A DNA stretch of 64,000 nt, taken from positions 224,001 through 288,000 of the forward strand of contig CBDBIB010000001.1 of NCBI GenBank assembly GCA_965205945.1, given 5' to 3'. Positions 1 to 9,596 of this stretch are shown here, piece after piece. The notes under the pieces were generated by a model. The model saw only the letters and a list, made by a program, of their open reading frames with translations, made no database searches and was not told where the DNA came from. The translations under genes and the position numbers were made by a program. Numbering within the stretch: position 1 is the first letter of the stretch; each line of letters starts with the position of its first letter. The DNA is from Bdellovibrionales bacterium. GTDB lineage: Bacteria; Bdellovibrionota; Bdellovibrionia; Bdellovibrionales; UBA1609.

Positions 1-698
1 AACCAACTTTCAGTATATGCATTATCATAGCAATTTCCTTTTCTACTCATACTTGGTCTTATCTTTTTGTTTTTTAAAAACTGTCTATAAGCATCACTAG
101 CGTATTGAGACCCACGATCTGAATGAAAAATCACTTCAGCACTTGGGCCAACTTTTTTTATGGCCATTTCAAGTGCTTTTAACACCAATCTTGTCTCTAA
201 GCTTTTACCTATACTCCAACCAACAACTTCACGGTTAAATAAATCAATTACTACGGCTAAGTATAAAAAATTCCTGCCTGTTCCTAATCTTAAATAAGTG
301 ATATCTCCTGCTAAAACTCTTCCTGGCCCTGTTGGTAAGGAGTGCTCTTCTTCAACTTTAAAAAGCCTTGGTACCACTTTAAACTTATGATTGGAGTCAG
401 TCGTTAAAACTTTAAAAGTCTTCTTATGACGGGCATCTAAGCCCAACTCCTTCATGTATTTTGCAACTGTATTCTCACTCACGAAAATCTCTTTATCTTT
501 TAACTCCTCATAAATACGTGGTGAACCATAAGTTTTATACGATGATTCAAAAATGCTCTTAATTCTTTCCTTTATTTTTGTTTTCCTTTGAAACGACTTT
601 GAGCTTTTTTTATTATTTAAATAATAAAAAGTACTCTTACTTACTCCAAAAAAAATGCATAAAAAATAGACGGGAATTGTTAAACTTAGCTCTTTCAT
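1..698 (-). CDS. IS3 transposase OrfB (partial, 3' end outside window)
   Basis: ATG at 698 overlaps the orfA stop (ATGA). The frame reads MKELSLTIPVYFLCIFFGVSKSTFYY and carries DDE motifs towards the window edge. Confidence 0.85.
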   Translation of the reverse strand, partial: MKELSLTIPVYFLCIFFGVSKSTFYYLNNKKSSKSFQRKTKIKERIKSIFESSYKTYGSPRIYEELKDKEIFVSENTVAKYMKELGLDARHKKTFKVLTTDSNHKFKVVPRLFKVEEEHSLPTGPGRVLAGDITYLRLGTGRNFLYLAVVIDLFNREVVGWSIGKSLETRLVLKALEMAIKKVGPSAEVIFHSDRGSQYASDAYRQFLKNKKIRPSMSRKGNCYDNAYTESW

Positions 699-1035
699 GA
701 TTTTGACTTTTTGATCTGATCTGAGGAGAAAATCGCTGTGCTTTTTTTTAACACTGTATTAATTTCTTGCATCCAGCCAAGCTCTTTTTTTAAACGCTTA
801 TTTTCTTTCTCAAGCTCTCTATATGACTTCTTATTTTCCTCTTTTAATAAGCTTTCAGGAGTTTTAGATTTAGCTTTTTTCTCCAATTTCTAATGCTGGT
901 TTCAGTAGTTCCTAGATCTCTTGATGCCTGGCTGTTTCCAACTCTCTTTGCCAATTCAACAGCTTCTTCTTTAAATTCTTCTGAAAAAGTATTGTACTTT
1001 TTTTTAGACTCTGTAGCCTCTTTCTTCTTCTCCAT
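695..1035 (-). pseudogene. IS3 OrfA, frameshifted
   Basis: Split into ORFs 844..1035 and 695..886. Comparison with copy 2 (aatccaactcc vs aatctaaaactcc) places the indel near 862-870. Confidence 0.85.
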
Positions 1036-1261
1036 GCCTTTTTACCTCTCCTTTTAGGTTTAGTTCGCACTTAGAAAACTGTCCAGTATTTTTGGGGAGG
1101 CCCAATACTACACTTTGCTTCCAATATATTTATTTCCCTTGTCCTATATCACTCATCTTAGACTCTTATTGTTTTCAAGCTCCAAAATGTCCATTCATAA
1201 ACTTTTATAAAGCCACTCTTTACAAGAAAGAACATTTAATCAAAACAAAAGAGGTATTTTT

Positions 1262-1615
1262 ATGAAAATAAATATTTTTTTATTAACCATAGTGTTTGCA
1301 TTAACCACGGCTTGTTCCACAATGGAAAAAAGTATTGTTACAGGTGCTGGCGTTGGTGCCGTAGTAGGTCACACGCATGGCTCTAAAAGCTCAAGAAATG
1401 AATCGACCATGAAGGGTCTTTTAATTGGCTCAGCCATTGGTGGACTTATTAGTTGGGTAAATTCTAAGAAAAAAAATGAAAAGAAAATGCGAAATTCCAA
1501 AAAGAAAATTGATCCCACACCACTTCTCACTCGACCCCCCGGTTTTTGGATAACCGATAAAGGAGACAGAATCTATGATTTTCAACTTACCAGTAAAGTA
1601 ACTTTCTCCAGCTAA
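1262..1615 (+). CDS. Glycine-zipper lipoprotein, probably C-terminally truncated or chimeric
   Basis: RBS GAGG, lipobox LTTA-C, glycine-zipper motifs GAGVGAVVG and GSAIGG. The 3' part overlaps the antisense protease gene. Confidence 0.6.
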   Translation: MKINIFLLTIVFALTTACSTMEKSIVTGAGVGAVVGHTHGSKSSRNESTMKGLLIGSAIGGLISWVNSKKKNEKKMRNSKKKIDPTPLLTRPPGFWITDKGDRIYDFQLTSKVTFSS

Positions 1616-2041
1616 AAAAGATTCGAGAGACATACATTTTGGAACATAATTCTCTCTAACGGCACTTTTAAATTCATCTTGCTCCGTACTTACCGCTATC
1701 ACAGCAAGATCAGAGCCATCACTAGGATAAAAAATTTGATTCTGTGATGTTACAAGATTAAAAAATTTTGTTTCACCCTGTGCTTTGCCTCCAAGATATT
1801 TTCTCAATTCAATATCTACTAATGAAATAGAATTAGCCCCAGTATGCTTCCAGCCGTTACTATCGAAAGAGTAGTCAACAAGGTGTCTATTAGTGACGTA
1901 AAAAAGAGTTTTTCCTTTTGGTGAAGCTATCCAAATACCAGATGCAAATAAATCTCTCGTTTGATCGTTTTCCGCACCACAAGTAATTTGGGTTTTAAAC
2001 CTTGTTGTGTAGAAAAGCACTTCATCAAATAATAGGGCCAT
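1430..2041 (-). pseudogene. Trypsin-like serine protease, truncated before the catalytic Ser
   Basis: Motifs ASG, VTNRHLV (His), SDLAVI (Asp) and FIGYP are present. No GxSGSP follows, and the sequence after about 1540 is the antisense of the lipoprotein gene. Confidence 0.7.
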
Positions 2042-2049
2042 GTTTCACC

Positions 2050-2361
2050 TTAAGCAACGTCACTTTTGTTTGATTCAACAATCATCTTAATTTTCAATCC
2101 AAATACTTGCTCAATATATTTAACAAGATTATCAGTGCTCCAATTGCGACGTTTATTAACAAAGTCAGAAACATAAGAAATAGAGATTTCAGCTTTTTCA
2201 GCAAAAGCTTGAAGTCCCATTGATTTAATTGATTCTCTTAATGCTTCCTCAAGAGAAAGCCCTTCATTATTAATCAAATTAGTAATGTAAGCTTGAGAAA
2301 AGCCTAAATCTTCAAATTCTTGGGCCACTAATTCGTTAAAGTCTTTATGTCTATTTGCCAT
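2050..2361 (-). CDS. HTH antitoxin (addiction module antidote); likely start MANRHKDF at 2361
   Basis: RBS GGAGG precedes the ATG, which overlaps the toxin 3' end. HTH-like segment GLQAFAEKAEISISYVSDF. Homologous to 34368..34679, which starts at the same Met. Confidence 0.8.
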   Translation of the reverse strand: MANRHKDFNELVAQEFEDLGFSQAYITNLINNEGLSLEEALRESIKSMGLQAFAEKAEISISYVSDFVNKRRNWSTDNLVKYIEQVFGLKIKMIVESNKSDVA

Positions 2362-2671
2362 AATTCCTCCAGTATTCTTTTGCTTTTTCAATGTCACGGC
2401 TTTGAGTTTTCTTATCGCCACCAACTAAAAGTATAATGATCTCATCACCATCCTCAGCGAAATAAACTCTATAACCTGGGCCGTGAGTTATTTTTATTTC
2501 AAAAATTCCATCTTTTAAGGCCTTGATGGACTTTTTAGCTCCACCTGTTGCGACTCTTTGAATAAACCGAACAACAATAGCTCTGCTCAAATTATCAAGC
2601 TTCTTTAACCAATCCTTAAAAGGTGAGCCTCCATTCTCTGTTGCATAATAAATAACTTTTTTATCAATCAT
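2351..2671 (-). CDS. Type II toxin, RelE/ParE superfamily (addiction module killer type)
   Basis: Motifs [24 protein letters not shown] and [18 protein letters not shown]. Toxin-first gene order. Confidence 0.9.
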   Translation of the reverse strand: MIDKKVIYYATENGGSPFKDWLKKLDNLSRAIVVRFIQRVATGGAKKSIKALKDGIFEIKITHGPGYRVYFAEDGDEIIILLVGGDKKTQSRDIEKAKEYWRNYGK

Positions 2672-2687
2672 CCTAATTCCTTTGTAT

Positions 2688-2716
2688 AAACTACGCTATT
2701 TGGCGTAGTTTGTCAA
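2688..2716 (-). promoter_or_regulatory. sigma-70 promoter of the TA operon with overlapping palindromic operator
   Basis: TTGACA-N17-TAGTTT on the minus strand. Palindrome AAACTACGC-N6-GCGTAGTTT at 2688-2711. Confidence 0.8.
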
Positions 2717-2787
2717 GACATACCTCTAAACACCTAGTATCAGGGGGAAATTGTGACATTCCCCCCTGATTGGTTGTTATCTTCATA

Positions 2788-3150
2788 CTAGGCATTTGAA
2801 GCAACTTGAAGTCTTGAATTTTCAGCAATGAACTCTGCCAGTTGTCCAATGTAGAGCATTTCTTTCCATTTATTTTCTGAGACTTTGCCTTTCTTTTTCT
2901 CCCAAAGACGTTTCAATCTCTTATCTTCGTGTGCCCAAGTAATTGCTCTTTTTTGAAGCTGGTCAATATCTTCTTGAGTTACATTTTCTAGGAAATATCT
3001 GATAAGAGCATCAAAGGTGATCTTTCCACAGTCTTCAGTTTTGTTAATTTTATCCAGAAATTTATTAACATCATTCTTAGTGTTTCCCTTAACTCTAATA
3101 GAAGTGTAGTCATCATTTTTCTTTTTTGAATTGTCTGTATTTGTTTTCAT
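2788..3150 (-). CDS. Hypothetical protein (possible ribbon-helix-helix-like N-terminus)
   Basis: RBS AAGGAG; YTSIRVK motif. A homologous remnant lies at 33710-33940. Confidence 0.7.
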   Translation of the reverse strand: MKTNTDNSKKKNDDYTSIRVKGNTKNDVNKFLDKINKTEDCGKITFDALIRYFLENVTQEDIDQLQKRAITWAHEDKRLKRLWEKKKGKVSENKWKEMLYIGQLAEFIAENSRLQVASNA

Positions 3151-3171
3151 ATTTGATCTCCTTAAAAGATA

Positions 3172-3786
3172 TTAGTTTTTAAATGTTGATAGTAGTGGGT
3201 AAACAGCTTTAAGTTTTTCTTCACCAAGACCTTTAATTATATTGATACAATCGTCTTGAATTTCTGTGACAAAAACATCTGATTCCATGTGATGATTAAA
3301 GTCGTCCATAGTGAATCCATAGCAATCAACTATGTAATGAATCCTCTTTTTGGGTATTTCAATACGACCATTCTCAATGTGACCAATTGCCGTTTTGTGG
3401 TATCCGCACAAGTGACTTGCCTTATATTGAGTAAGACCTTTTAAACTTCGCAAAACCCCTAAGACTTTTGCTTCCTTAGTGATTACTTTTTTGTAACTTC
3501 TTCTAAGGTTATTTTGTTCAATTACCTTAGCTTTTTTATGACCATGCTTTATCTTCACTTGGTCAATCTTTCCGTCACGACAAAAGCAAAAGTCTTCATA
3601 AGTGAATCCATAGGCACGAAGAATTTCGTCTATATTACTTCTATTTAGTGTTGTTCTACCGTTTTCAAATTTCTCAACGGTCTTGAAGCTAACGTCTAAA
3701 AGAGTGCCAGCTTCTTTTCTATTTAGAAATTTTAATTCTCTCAACTTCTTTAGGGCTAAGCCCTCAATCTTGTTTTCGTTTTGCAC
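3172..3786 (-). CDS. Tandem XRE-family HTH regulator; likely GTG start at 3786
   Basis: Two HTH_3-like units (LKKLRELK..FENGR and LRSLKGLTQ..IENGR). AAGGAGG lies just upstream of the GTG. Confidence 0.85.
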   Translation of the reverse strand: MQNENKIEGLALKKLRELKFLNRKEAGTLLDVSFKTVEKFENGRTTLNRSNIDEILRAYGFTYEDFCFCRDGKIDQVKIKHGHKKAKVIEQNNLRRSYKKVITKEAKVLGVLRSLKGLTQYKASHLCGYHKTAIGHIENGRIEIPKKRIHYIVDCYGFTMDDFNHHMESDVFVTEIQDDCINIIKGLGEEKLKAVYPLLSTFKN

Positions 3787-4115
3787 TTTTTCCTCCTTGT
3801 GTAAAACCTTTTGCCTCATCAGTGCCAGCACTTTGCTGGTTGCCAAATAGCGATTTGTGCCAGCGTAATGCGACAGAAATTCTTGTTAAAAATCACATGG
3901 TTGAACTGAAGAAGATGCTACGAAACTATTGAAAAATGCCTGTGCTACTGACTTAGCCAAATACTTAGCCAAAGTTAGCAAACGACAGAAATCTTGCGAA
4001 AGGTTGAGAAATAAACGAGGGAAGTAACTCTAGCTAACTCATTGAAACCATTTAAGAATTATTTCAAATAGTTAAGTTAATTTCAAAAAGTTTGCTAGAA
4101 TCATTGCCCGAAAAA

Positions 4116-4191
4116 TGGTGGACCCTAGCGGGATCGAACCGCTGGCCTCCGCACTGCCAGCGCGGCGCTCTCCCAGCTGAGCTAAGGGCCC
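4116..4191 (-). tRNA. tRNA-Ala (GGC)
   Basis: GGGCCCTTAGCTCAGCTGGGAGAGCGCCGCGCTGGCAGTGCGGAGGCCAGCGGTTCGATCCCGCTAGGGTCCACCA. Has G3:U70, a TTCGA T-loop and encoded CCA. Confidence 0.97.
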
Positions 4192-4206
4192 CCTTTTATA
4201 AAAAAA

Positions 4207-4947
4207 TTATTCTTTATAAGATTTAATTGCCTTATTAATACTTCCTACTACAAGATGATACGTCGCTTTTTGTACCTGTATAAGTCCATCTGCTTCGTGG
4301 CAAATAAGCTCCATCTGTTTATGACTTGCTTTTAAAAATATACTTGAAATATATATTCCTTTTTTGTCATCTACAGTCTCTTCAAAAATTTTATCAACTT
4401 CAACTTCTTCATTTAAAACTACAGCTAAAAGAGCTCTTTTTATAGATCCTTTTGATAAAACTTCAAACTGGTAATATTTCTCTTCTTCTTTATCAAAAAC
4501 ATACTGATAAACCGGACTAATAATTGTAAGAACAATAAGAACTATTATTGTAAAGCCTGCTGCTGTAAAAGGAAAACCTATTCCAACAGTATACCCTATG
4601 GCAGCAACCAACCAAATTGTTGCAGCCGATGTTAAACCTGTGACATGTTCTTTTCCTCTAATAATTGCACCCGCACCTAAAAAACCAATACCACTAACAA
4701 TTTGCGCGGCAATACGATTTGGATCGCTTATACCCCCGTAAAGAACCGTAGATAAAATCCCCATTGAAGTAAAAATACTAGAACCTAAACAAATCAACAT
4801 ATGAGTTTTTAAACCTGCTGCTTTAGATTTTTTTTCTCGGTCGTAACCAACTAATCCACCCAAAGCTAAAGCTATTAAAGTTTGAATGCACACTCCAATA
4901 TAAGATGGAATTTCACCAATAAGCTCTAAAGTAATCATTTGATTCAA
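4207..4947 (-). CDS. MgtC/SapB family membrane protein
   Basis: Motifs GYDREKKSKAAGLKTH, RIAAQIVSGIGFLGAG and GLTSAATIW. Confidence 0.92.
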   Translation of the reverse strand: MNQMITLELIGEIPSYIGVCIQTLIALALGGLVGYDREKKSKAAGLKTHMLICLGSSIFTSMGILSTVLYGGISDPNRIAAQIVSGIGFLGAGAIIRGKEHVTGLTSAATIWLVAAIGYTVGIGFPFTAAGFTIIVLIVLTIISPVYQYVFDKEEEKYYQFEVLSKGSIKRALLAVVLNEEVEVDKIFEETVDDKKGIYISSIFLKASHKQMELICHEADGLIQVQKATYHLVVGSINKAIKSYKE

Positions 4948-5915
4948 GCTAAAACCTCATTTTCTAGATTTATTAAAAAACGTCCCGTTACAGCCTTATG
5001 ATCTAAAATTTTATGAGAAGAGTCTAGTACTTCTTCTAATCCAACCTCTTGGTGAATAAGTTCTATTATCTTTAAAGGCTTCCAATCTGAAGAAAGTTTA
5101 CTCCATATATTTTTTCGCAAAGACATTGGGCAGTGAGTAGAGCTCACACCTAAAATACTTACTCCTCTTAAAATAAAAGGCATCACACTTGCGTTAAAGT
5201 TAGAGCCTTTAACTAAGCCTATGGAAGATACCGAGCCCCAAGGAGCCACCTGAGAAAGAACCTTTTCTAAAAACTCTCCTCCTAAGTTGTCAATTACCCC
5301 TGCCCATCTTGCTTTTTTAAGAGGCTTTAGACTTTTAAACTGCACCTCCTCCTTAAATGAGATCACTTTTTTAACACCAAGGCTTAACAAGTAATCCTCA
5401 TGCTCCATTCTATGAGTTAAAGCCGTCACTTCAAACCCTAGTTTATCTAAAATCTGAATAGCAAACCCTCCTACTCCACCCGTAGCACCAGAAACCAAAA
5501 CAGGCCCCATATCTGGTAACAGTCCCTTTTCTAACATTTGATGAATCGCAAGAGCAGCAGTAAATCCAGCCGTTCCTAAAACCATAGCCTCTTTTAAATT
5601 TAAGCCTTCTGGCAATGGCATTAAACACTCATCTGCACAAGAAGATAATTGAGTGTAGCCCCCATCAAAGGTTTCACCAAACCCACAACCCTGTGCAATA
5701 ACAGTTTGTCCTTTATACTTTCCTTTTAAAGCAAAGCCTGAAAAATCAATCCCTGGAACAATTGGATCTATTTTAAAAATAGGGCTTCTACCTGTAACCC
5801 CAAGGGCATCTTTATAATTAATACCCGAATACTTGATTTTAACTCTTGGCGATTCTATTTCACTCTTAATTAAAGACAAAATTTTATTTGTATAAACTAA
5901 TTTTTTATACTTCAT
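4944..5915 (-). CDS. YhdH/AcuI-family quinone oxidoreductase (acryloyl-CoA reductase-like)
   Basis: Motifs INYKDAL, VPGID, GTAGFTAAL, GATGGVG and MPFILRGV. Confidence 0.92.
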   Translation of the reverse strand: MKYKKLVYTNKILSLIKSEIESPRVKIKYSGINYKDALGVTGRSPIFKIDPIVPGIDFSGFALKGKYKGQTVIAQGCGFGETFDGGYTQLSSCADECLMPLPEGLNLKEAMVLGTAGFTAALAIHQMLEKGLLPDMGPVLVSGATGGVGGFAIQILDKLGFEVTALTHRMEHEDYLLSLGVKKVISFKEEVQFKSLKPLKKARWAGVIDNLGGEFLEKVLSQVAPWGSVSSIGLVKGSNFNASVMPFILRGVSILGVSSTHCPMSLRKNIWSKLSSDWKPLKIIELIHQEVGLEEVLDSSHKILDHKAVTGRFLINLENEVLA

Positions 5916-6045
5916 TATAAACCTCTATTTTAAATATTTAACCTAAAAAATTAGGAGCTTGTATTTTTAAGCTTCTAGATAAGTCAAATCTATCAGGCAC
6001 ACATAAAAAAATCTATATAAAAAAATAATTTAGGAGCTTAAATAA

Positions 6046-8949
6046 CTAGTCTAGTTTTCTTGAAACTTTAACAAACGATCCTACTTTTTTTTTGTTTAAA
6101 AGATTTTTTTTACCATAAGAAATCACTTCTTCTAATGTGATCTCTGACAAAGGAGCTAGCACTTTTTCATCTTCATCAATAGATTCGTAACCAAGATTTA
6201 CAAAACGTACATATCTTGTATGTATAGCTTTAGCTTCAAATGGAGCTTTCCTCTGTAAAAGATAGCTGGCTTTTGTTCTTTCTAAAAGCTCTTGTGTTTT
6301 ATTTGGTAAAATTTCTTTAGCCCATGTTTGTAAATATTCATCAACTTGAGCCTCAACTTGATCAACTGTGTAAGTAGATGATTGTAAATACACAGCTACA
6401 CCTATATTATCCATATGCTCAAAACCCCAGGCACCCAAACTATATGCAAGACCACGATTAGTTCGCAGTTCAGTATAATAATCAGGAGCAAGCCAATCTC
6501 CAAGAATTTTTGAAATTAATTTTTCTTTTTCATCAAAAGCTTGCCCAAAATTCCAATAACCATAATAAAAAACCTCATATGGATGATTTCCTACAATGCT
6601 AGTTTCAAAAAGAGGAAGCCTGCCTTCTAAATTTTTAGATCCCATTATAGAGTCAGTTTTATAAAGCTTCGACCAATTCTTAGACACAGACCAGGTTGGA
6701 CTCCATTGTTTTTGAATCTTTAAAACTAAGTCATCTACATAGTTAGTTTTAATATTTCCTGACAGCGCTCCTCTTATATGAAGACCTGATTTAAACCTAT
6801 GCACAAAGTTCATAAATTTTGTATAATTCACGTTATCCAAGGCTATTCTTATATCCTCATAAGAAAGTCTTGCATATTCAATTTGTGCCCTCATCTGCCT
6901 TACACCAATACTACTTACCTCCCCAGCCTCTTCAAGCTCAATATTTTGCCTATATAACTCTTTAACAGATTCAAAATCTTGAACTAAAGGAGTTATATTT
7001 GTAAAGCCAACCATGTGACTAAAAGCTTTAATAAAAGTATCCGACCAACCATAAAAAGATATATCTAAAGCACCATTTAACGTATTAATCAAAAAAGACA
7101 TTTGGAAATCAGCTAAAACCATATCATACGTTGTGTCTGTGGTTTGCCATGTTAAAAGCTCTTTTAAAATATATAAAGAAATCACATCTTCTTTTAAAGT
7201 AAGATCAATTTGATCACTAAAAAGTGATAGGTCTACATAAGCTTTAGGAAGATTTGTTGCAACCAAAGAGCTATAAAAAATACTCCCCCAATCTTTTGTG
7301 TTCTTTGTATATATTGGAGGCTGATTTTTAATATAAAGATCAAATTTTTCAGGAATATATATATTCTTCTTCTTAAGTTTAAACCTTCCCCTAGGTTTAA
7401 TTTTATTTACACTTAAAGTCTCTACAGAATATGCAAATTTATATAATGAATCTGTAACCACTCTTTGCCCACTAATATCTTGAATTTTAAGACCTCCAAT
7501 TTTAATATTCTCTAAATATTCATGCTTGTAAGCTATCTCTTCATTTTCAGGATGCATAAATATAACCAACACCTTATCCCAACTAAGGCTGTCTAAAAAA
7601 TTTATATATTCTTCATTTGTAACATCAACCAGGGGTTCTTTAAAAAATAATTCGTACATAGTCTGAGGAAAAGTCTCTCCCTTCATATACTCACGATTTA
7701 AATCTTGCAGTGTTTTTCCTTTTATTTCATAAAAAGATTTACTAATTTTAGAAACTTTATTTAATTGTGCAAGCTCACCATTTAAATACTCTAGAAGACC
7801 TTCTTTCTTTAAAAATTCTAAATAACCTTTTATATAACTTAATACTTTTTTCTGTTCTTTTACACCCTTATCTGTCAACTCCAAAGTAATCCATGCTGTT
7901 GAAGCATTTATTCCTCCACTCAAAGCACCTTTACTATTTCTAACAAGCCCTTTTCCCTTTAAGAAGGCCATTAGTGACTCTTTACCTTCATCTCCAATTA
8001 AAGAACCCATCATACTAATCAAATTTGGATTGATCTTTTTTGGCTTTAAAACTGGGATAAAAACACTTAACATTTTCTTAGCACCCTGAGGTTTTAAATT
8101 AACTTTTGCAGGCAATTCATTAAAATCTAGATCTAAAAATTTATCGTATTTATTAAGAGCTTTTCTAGGGTTACTCTTAAGATCTAAAAAATACTTTTTA
8201 ACAAGAAATTTAAGTTCTTTTAAAGTTTGTGGCCCGGCAAGAATCACATGCATGGCTTCTGTATAATAATGTTCTTTAAAAAACGCTCTTGTTTCCTGAA
8301 CTGTTACTTTTGCTAGCGATTCTTTGTTTCCTATAAAAAATAACCGTCCATTTGACCCTTCTTTTTTAAATGCGTTAAATACTCGAAATGGTTTAAAAGT
8401 TTCAAATCTAAAATTAAATTCATTATGAACAGCTTCTTTTTCTTGCTCTATATTTTCAGAGTAAAATTTTGGACTTACAAAAAATCTTGATAACCTATGG
8501 ATTGCTTCATTAAATTTATCAGGTCTAACTTCTAAAAAATAATTAGTATGGTTTGTAGATGTATAGGCATTAGATTTACCGTTATTTTCACTTAAAAACT
8601 TCTTATAGCTTCCAACAATTGGAAACTCTTTGGTTCCTAAAAAAAGCATATGTTCAAGGTAATGGGCTAAACCTTGAGATTCTATTGGGTTGTCTTCATG
8701 ACCAACCTTTATAGCCACTGATGCTGCAGCCTTCTTACTTGTTGGCGAAGAGATCAATGTTACTCTAAGGTTATTCGAAAGCACTATTTGAGAAGCTGTT
8801 GCCCCATTTAAAGTTAACACCTCATCTACGCTTTGCTCATTTATAGAGTTCCCTTTAGAAACTGCTCCTATTTTAATCTTTGTAACATCTGAGTTCTTTG
8901 AGCAAGAGATCAATCCTAAAAATAAACAGACTATTAAAAAATATCCCAT
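6046..8949 (-). CDS. M16A insulinase/pitrilysin-family metallopeptidase, lipoprotein
   Basis: GLAHYLEHMLFLGT (HxxEH), SNAYT, ELRTNRGLAY; lipobox LISC. Confidence 0.92.
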   Translation of the reverse strand: MGYFLIVCLFLGLISCSKNSDVTKIKIGAVSKGNSINEQSVDEVLTLNGATASQIVLSNNLRVTLISSPTSKKAAASVAIKVGHEDNPIESQGLAHYLEHMLFLGTKEFPIVGSYKKFLSENNGKSNAYTSTNHTNYFLEVRPDKFNEAIHRLSRFFVSPKFYSENIEQEKEAVHNEFNFRFETFKPFRVFNAFKKEGSNGRLFFIGNKESLAKVTVQETRAFFKEHYYTEAMHVILAGPQTLKELKFLVKKYFLDLKSNPRKALNKYDKFLDLDFNELPAKVNLKPQGAKKMLSVFIPVLKPKKINPNLISMMGSLIGDEGKESLMAFLKGKGLVRNSKGALSGGINASTAWITLELTDKGVKEQKKVLSYIKGYLEFLKKEGLLEYLNGELAQLNKVSKISKSFYEIKGKTLQDLNREYMKGETFPQTMYELFFKEPLVDVTNEEYINFLDSLSWDKVLVIFMHPENEEIAYKHEYLENIKIGGLKIQDISGQRVVTDSLYKFAYSVETLSVNKIKPRGRFKLKKKNIYIPEKFDLYIKNQPPIYTKNTKDWGSIFYSSLVATNLPKAYVDLSLFSDQIDLTLKEDVISLYILKELLTWQTTDTTYDMVLADFQMSFLINTLNGALDISFYGWSDTFIKAFSHMVGFTNITPLVQDFESVKELYRQNIELEEAGEVSSIGVRQMRAQIEYARLSYEDIRIALDNVNYTKFMNFVHRFKSGLHIRGALSGNIKTNYVDDLVLKIQKQWSPTWSVSKNWSKLYKTDSIMGSKNLEGRLPLFETSIVGNHPYEVFYYGYWNFGQAFDEKEKLISKILGDWLAPDYYTELRTNRGLAYSLGAWGFEHMDNIGVAVYLQSSTYTVDQVEAQVDEYLQTWAKEILPNKTQELLERTKASYLLQRKAPFEAKAIHTRYVRFVNLGYESIDEDEKVLAPLSEITLEEVISYGKKNLLNKKKVGSFVKVSRKLD

Positions 8950-9173
8950 AAAAAAGTAACCTCCTAGTCTTGTTTTTAAGATTAAAATACCATTCTATAT
9001 AAATTTTAACACTCTTCTTTGATTTATTTTGAATATTTTACTTAAAGCATTCTGTTTTGTTTACAACTTTATTTCTTACTAAAACTTTCTTAAAAGCTTT
9101 GTTTATTTTAATTAAAGTTTTCTACGTCTAAATTTTATGCTAGACTCTTTTTATTACAAATATAGGAGGTTCT

Positions 9174-9593
9174 TTGCTTTTTTCTATACTTTTTTACACC
9201 TTTTTATCTTTTCCTAAACCCCCTATTTACTTTACAGCTTTTACAGATAATAAGATAATAAAGGATCTTAACAAGACTTTAATCAAAACCAGTCTTTTAG
9301 TTGATGAAGATTGCTCAAACTGCACAGATCTCATTAAAAAATTAAACCGCAATTGTGTATCCTTAGCAGCTCCTTTTGCTATCTTTGCAACAGGAACAAA
9401 AAAAGGGTTAAATAAAAAACTACAACCTTTGCTTAATAAAAAAATTCCTGTTTGGTATAACACTAACATTCAAACTTTTTTAACTCTTAAGATTTCCATC
9501 CTTCCTACATACATCTCTAAAACAGGAAAAACCTATCCCGGTGTCGACTCTTCGTTTAAAGCCCTCTTACAAGATAATATCTGTAAAAAATAA
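9174..9593 (+). CDS. Hypothetical thioredoxin-like protein (CxxC)
   Basis: RBS GGAGG; CSNC motif; a later LPT motif. Confidence 0.6.
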   Translation: MLFSILFYTFLSFPKPPIYFTAFTDNKIIKDLNKTLIKTSLLVDEDCSNCTDLIKKLNRNCVSLAAPFAIFATGTKKGLNKKLQPLLNKKIPVWYNTNIQTFLTLKISILPTYISKTGKTYPGVDSSFKALLQDNICKK

Positions 9594-9596
9594 CTT

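Larger units (their letters stand above)
1..1104 (-). mobile_element. IS3-family insertion sequence, copy 1 (runs off window start)
   Basis: Left end TGGGCCTCCCCAAAAATACTGGACAG begins at 1104. orfA is HTH-like (TFSEEFKEEAV). orfB has an integrase core (GDITYL, YLAVVIDLFNREVVGW, HSDRGSQY, SRKGNCYDNA). Near-identical to 34680-35980. Confidence 0.95.
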
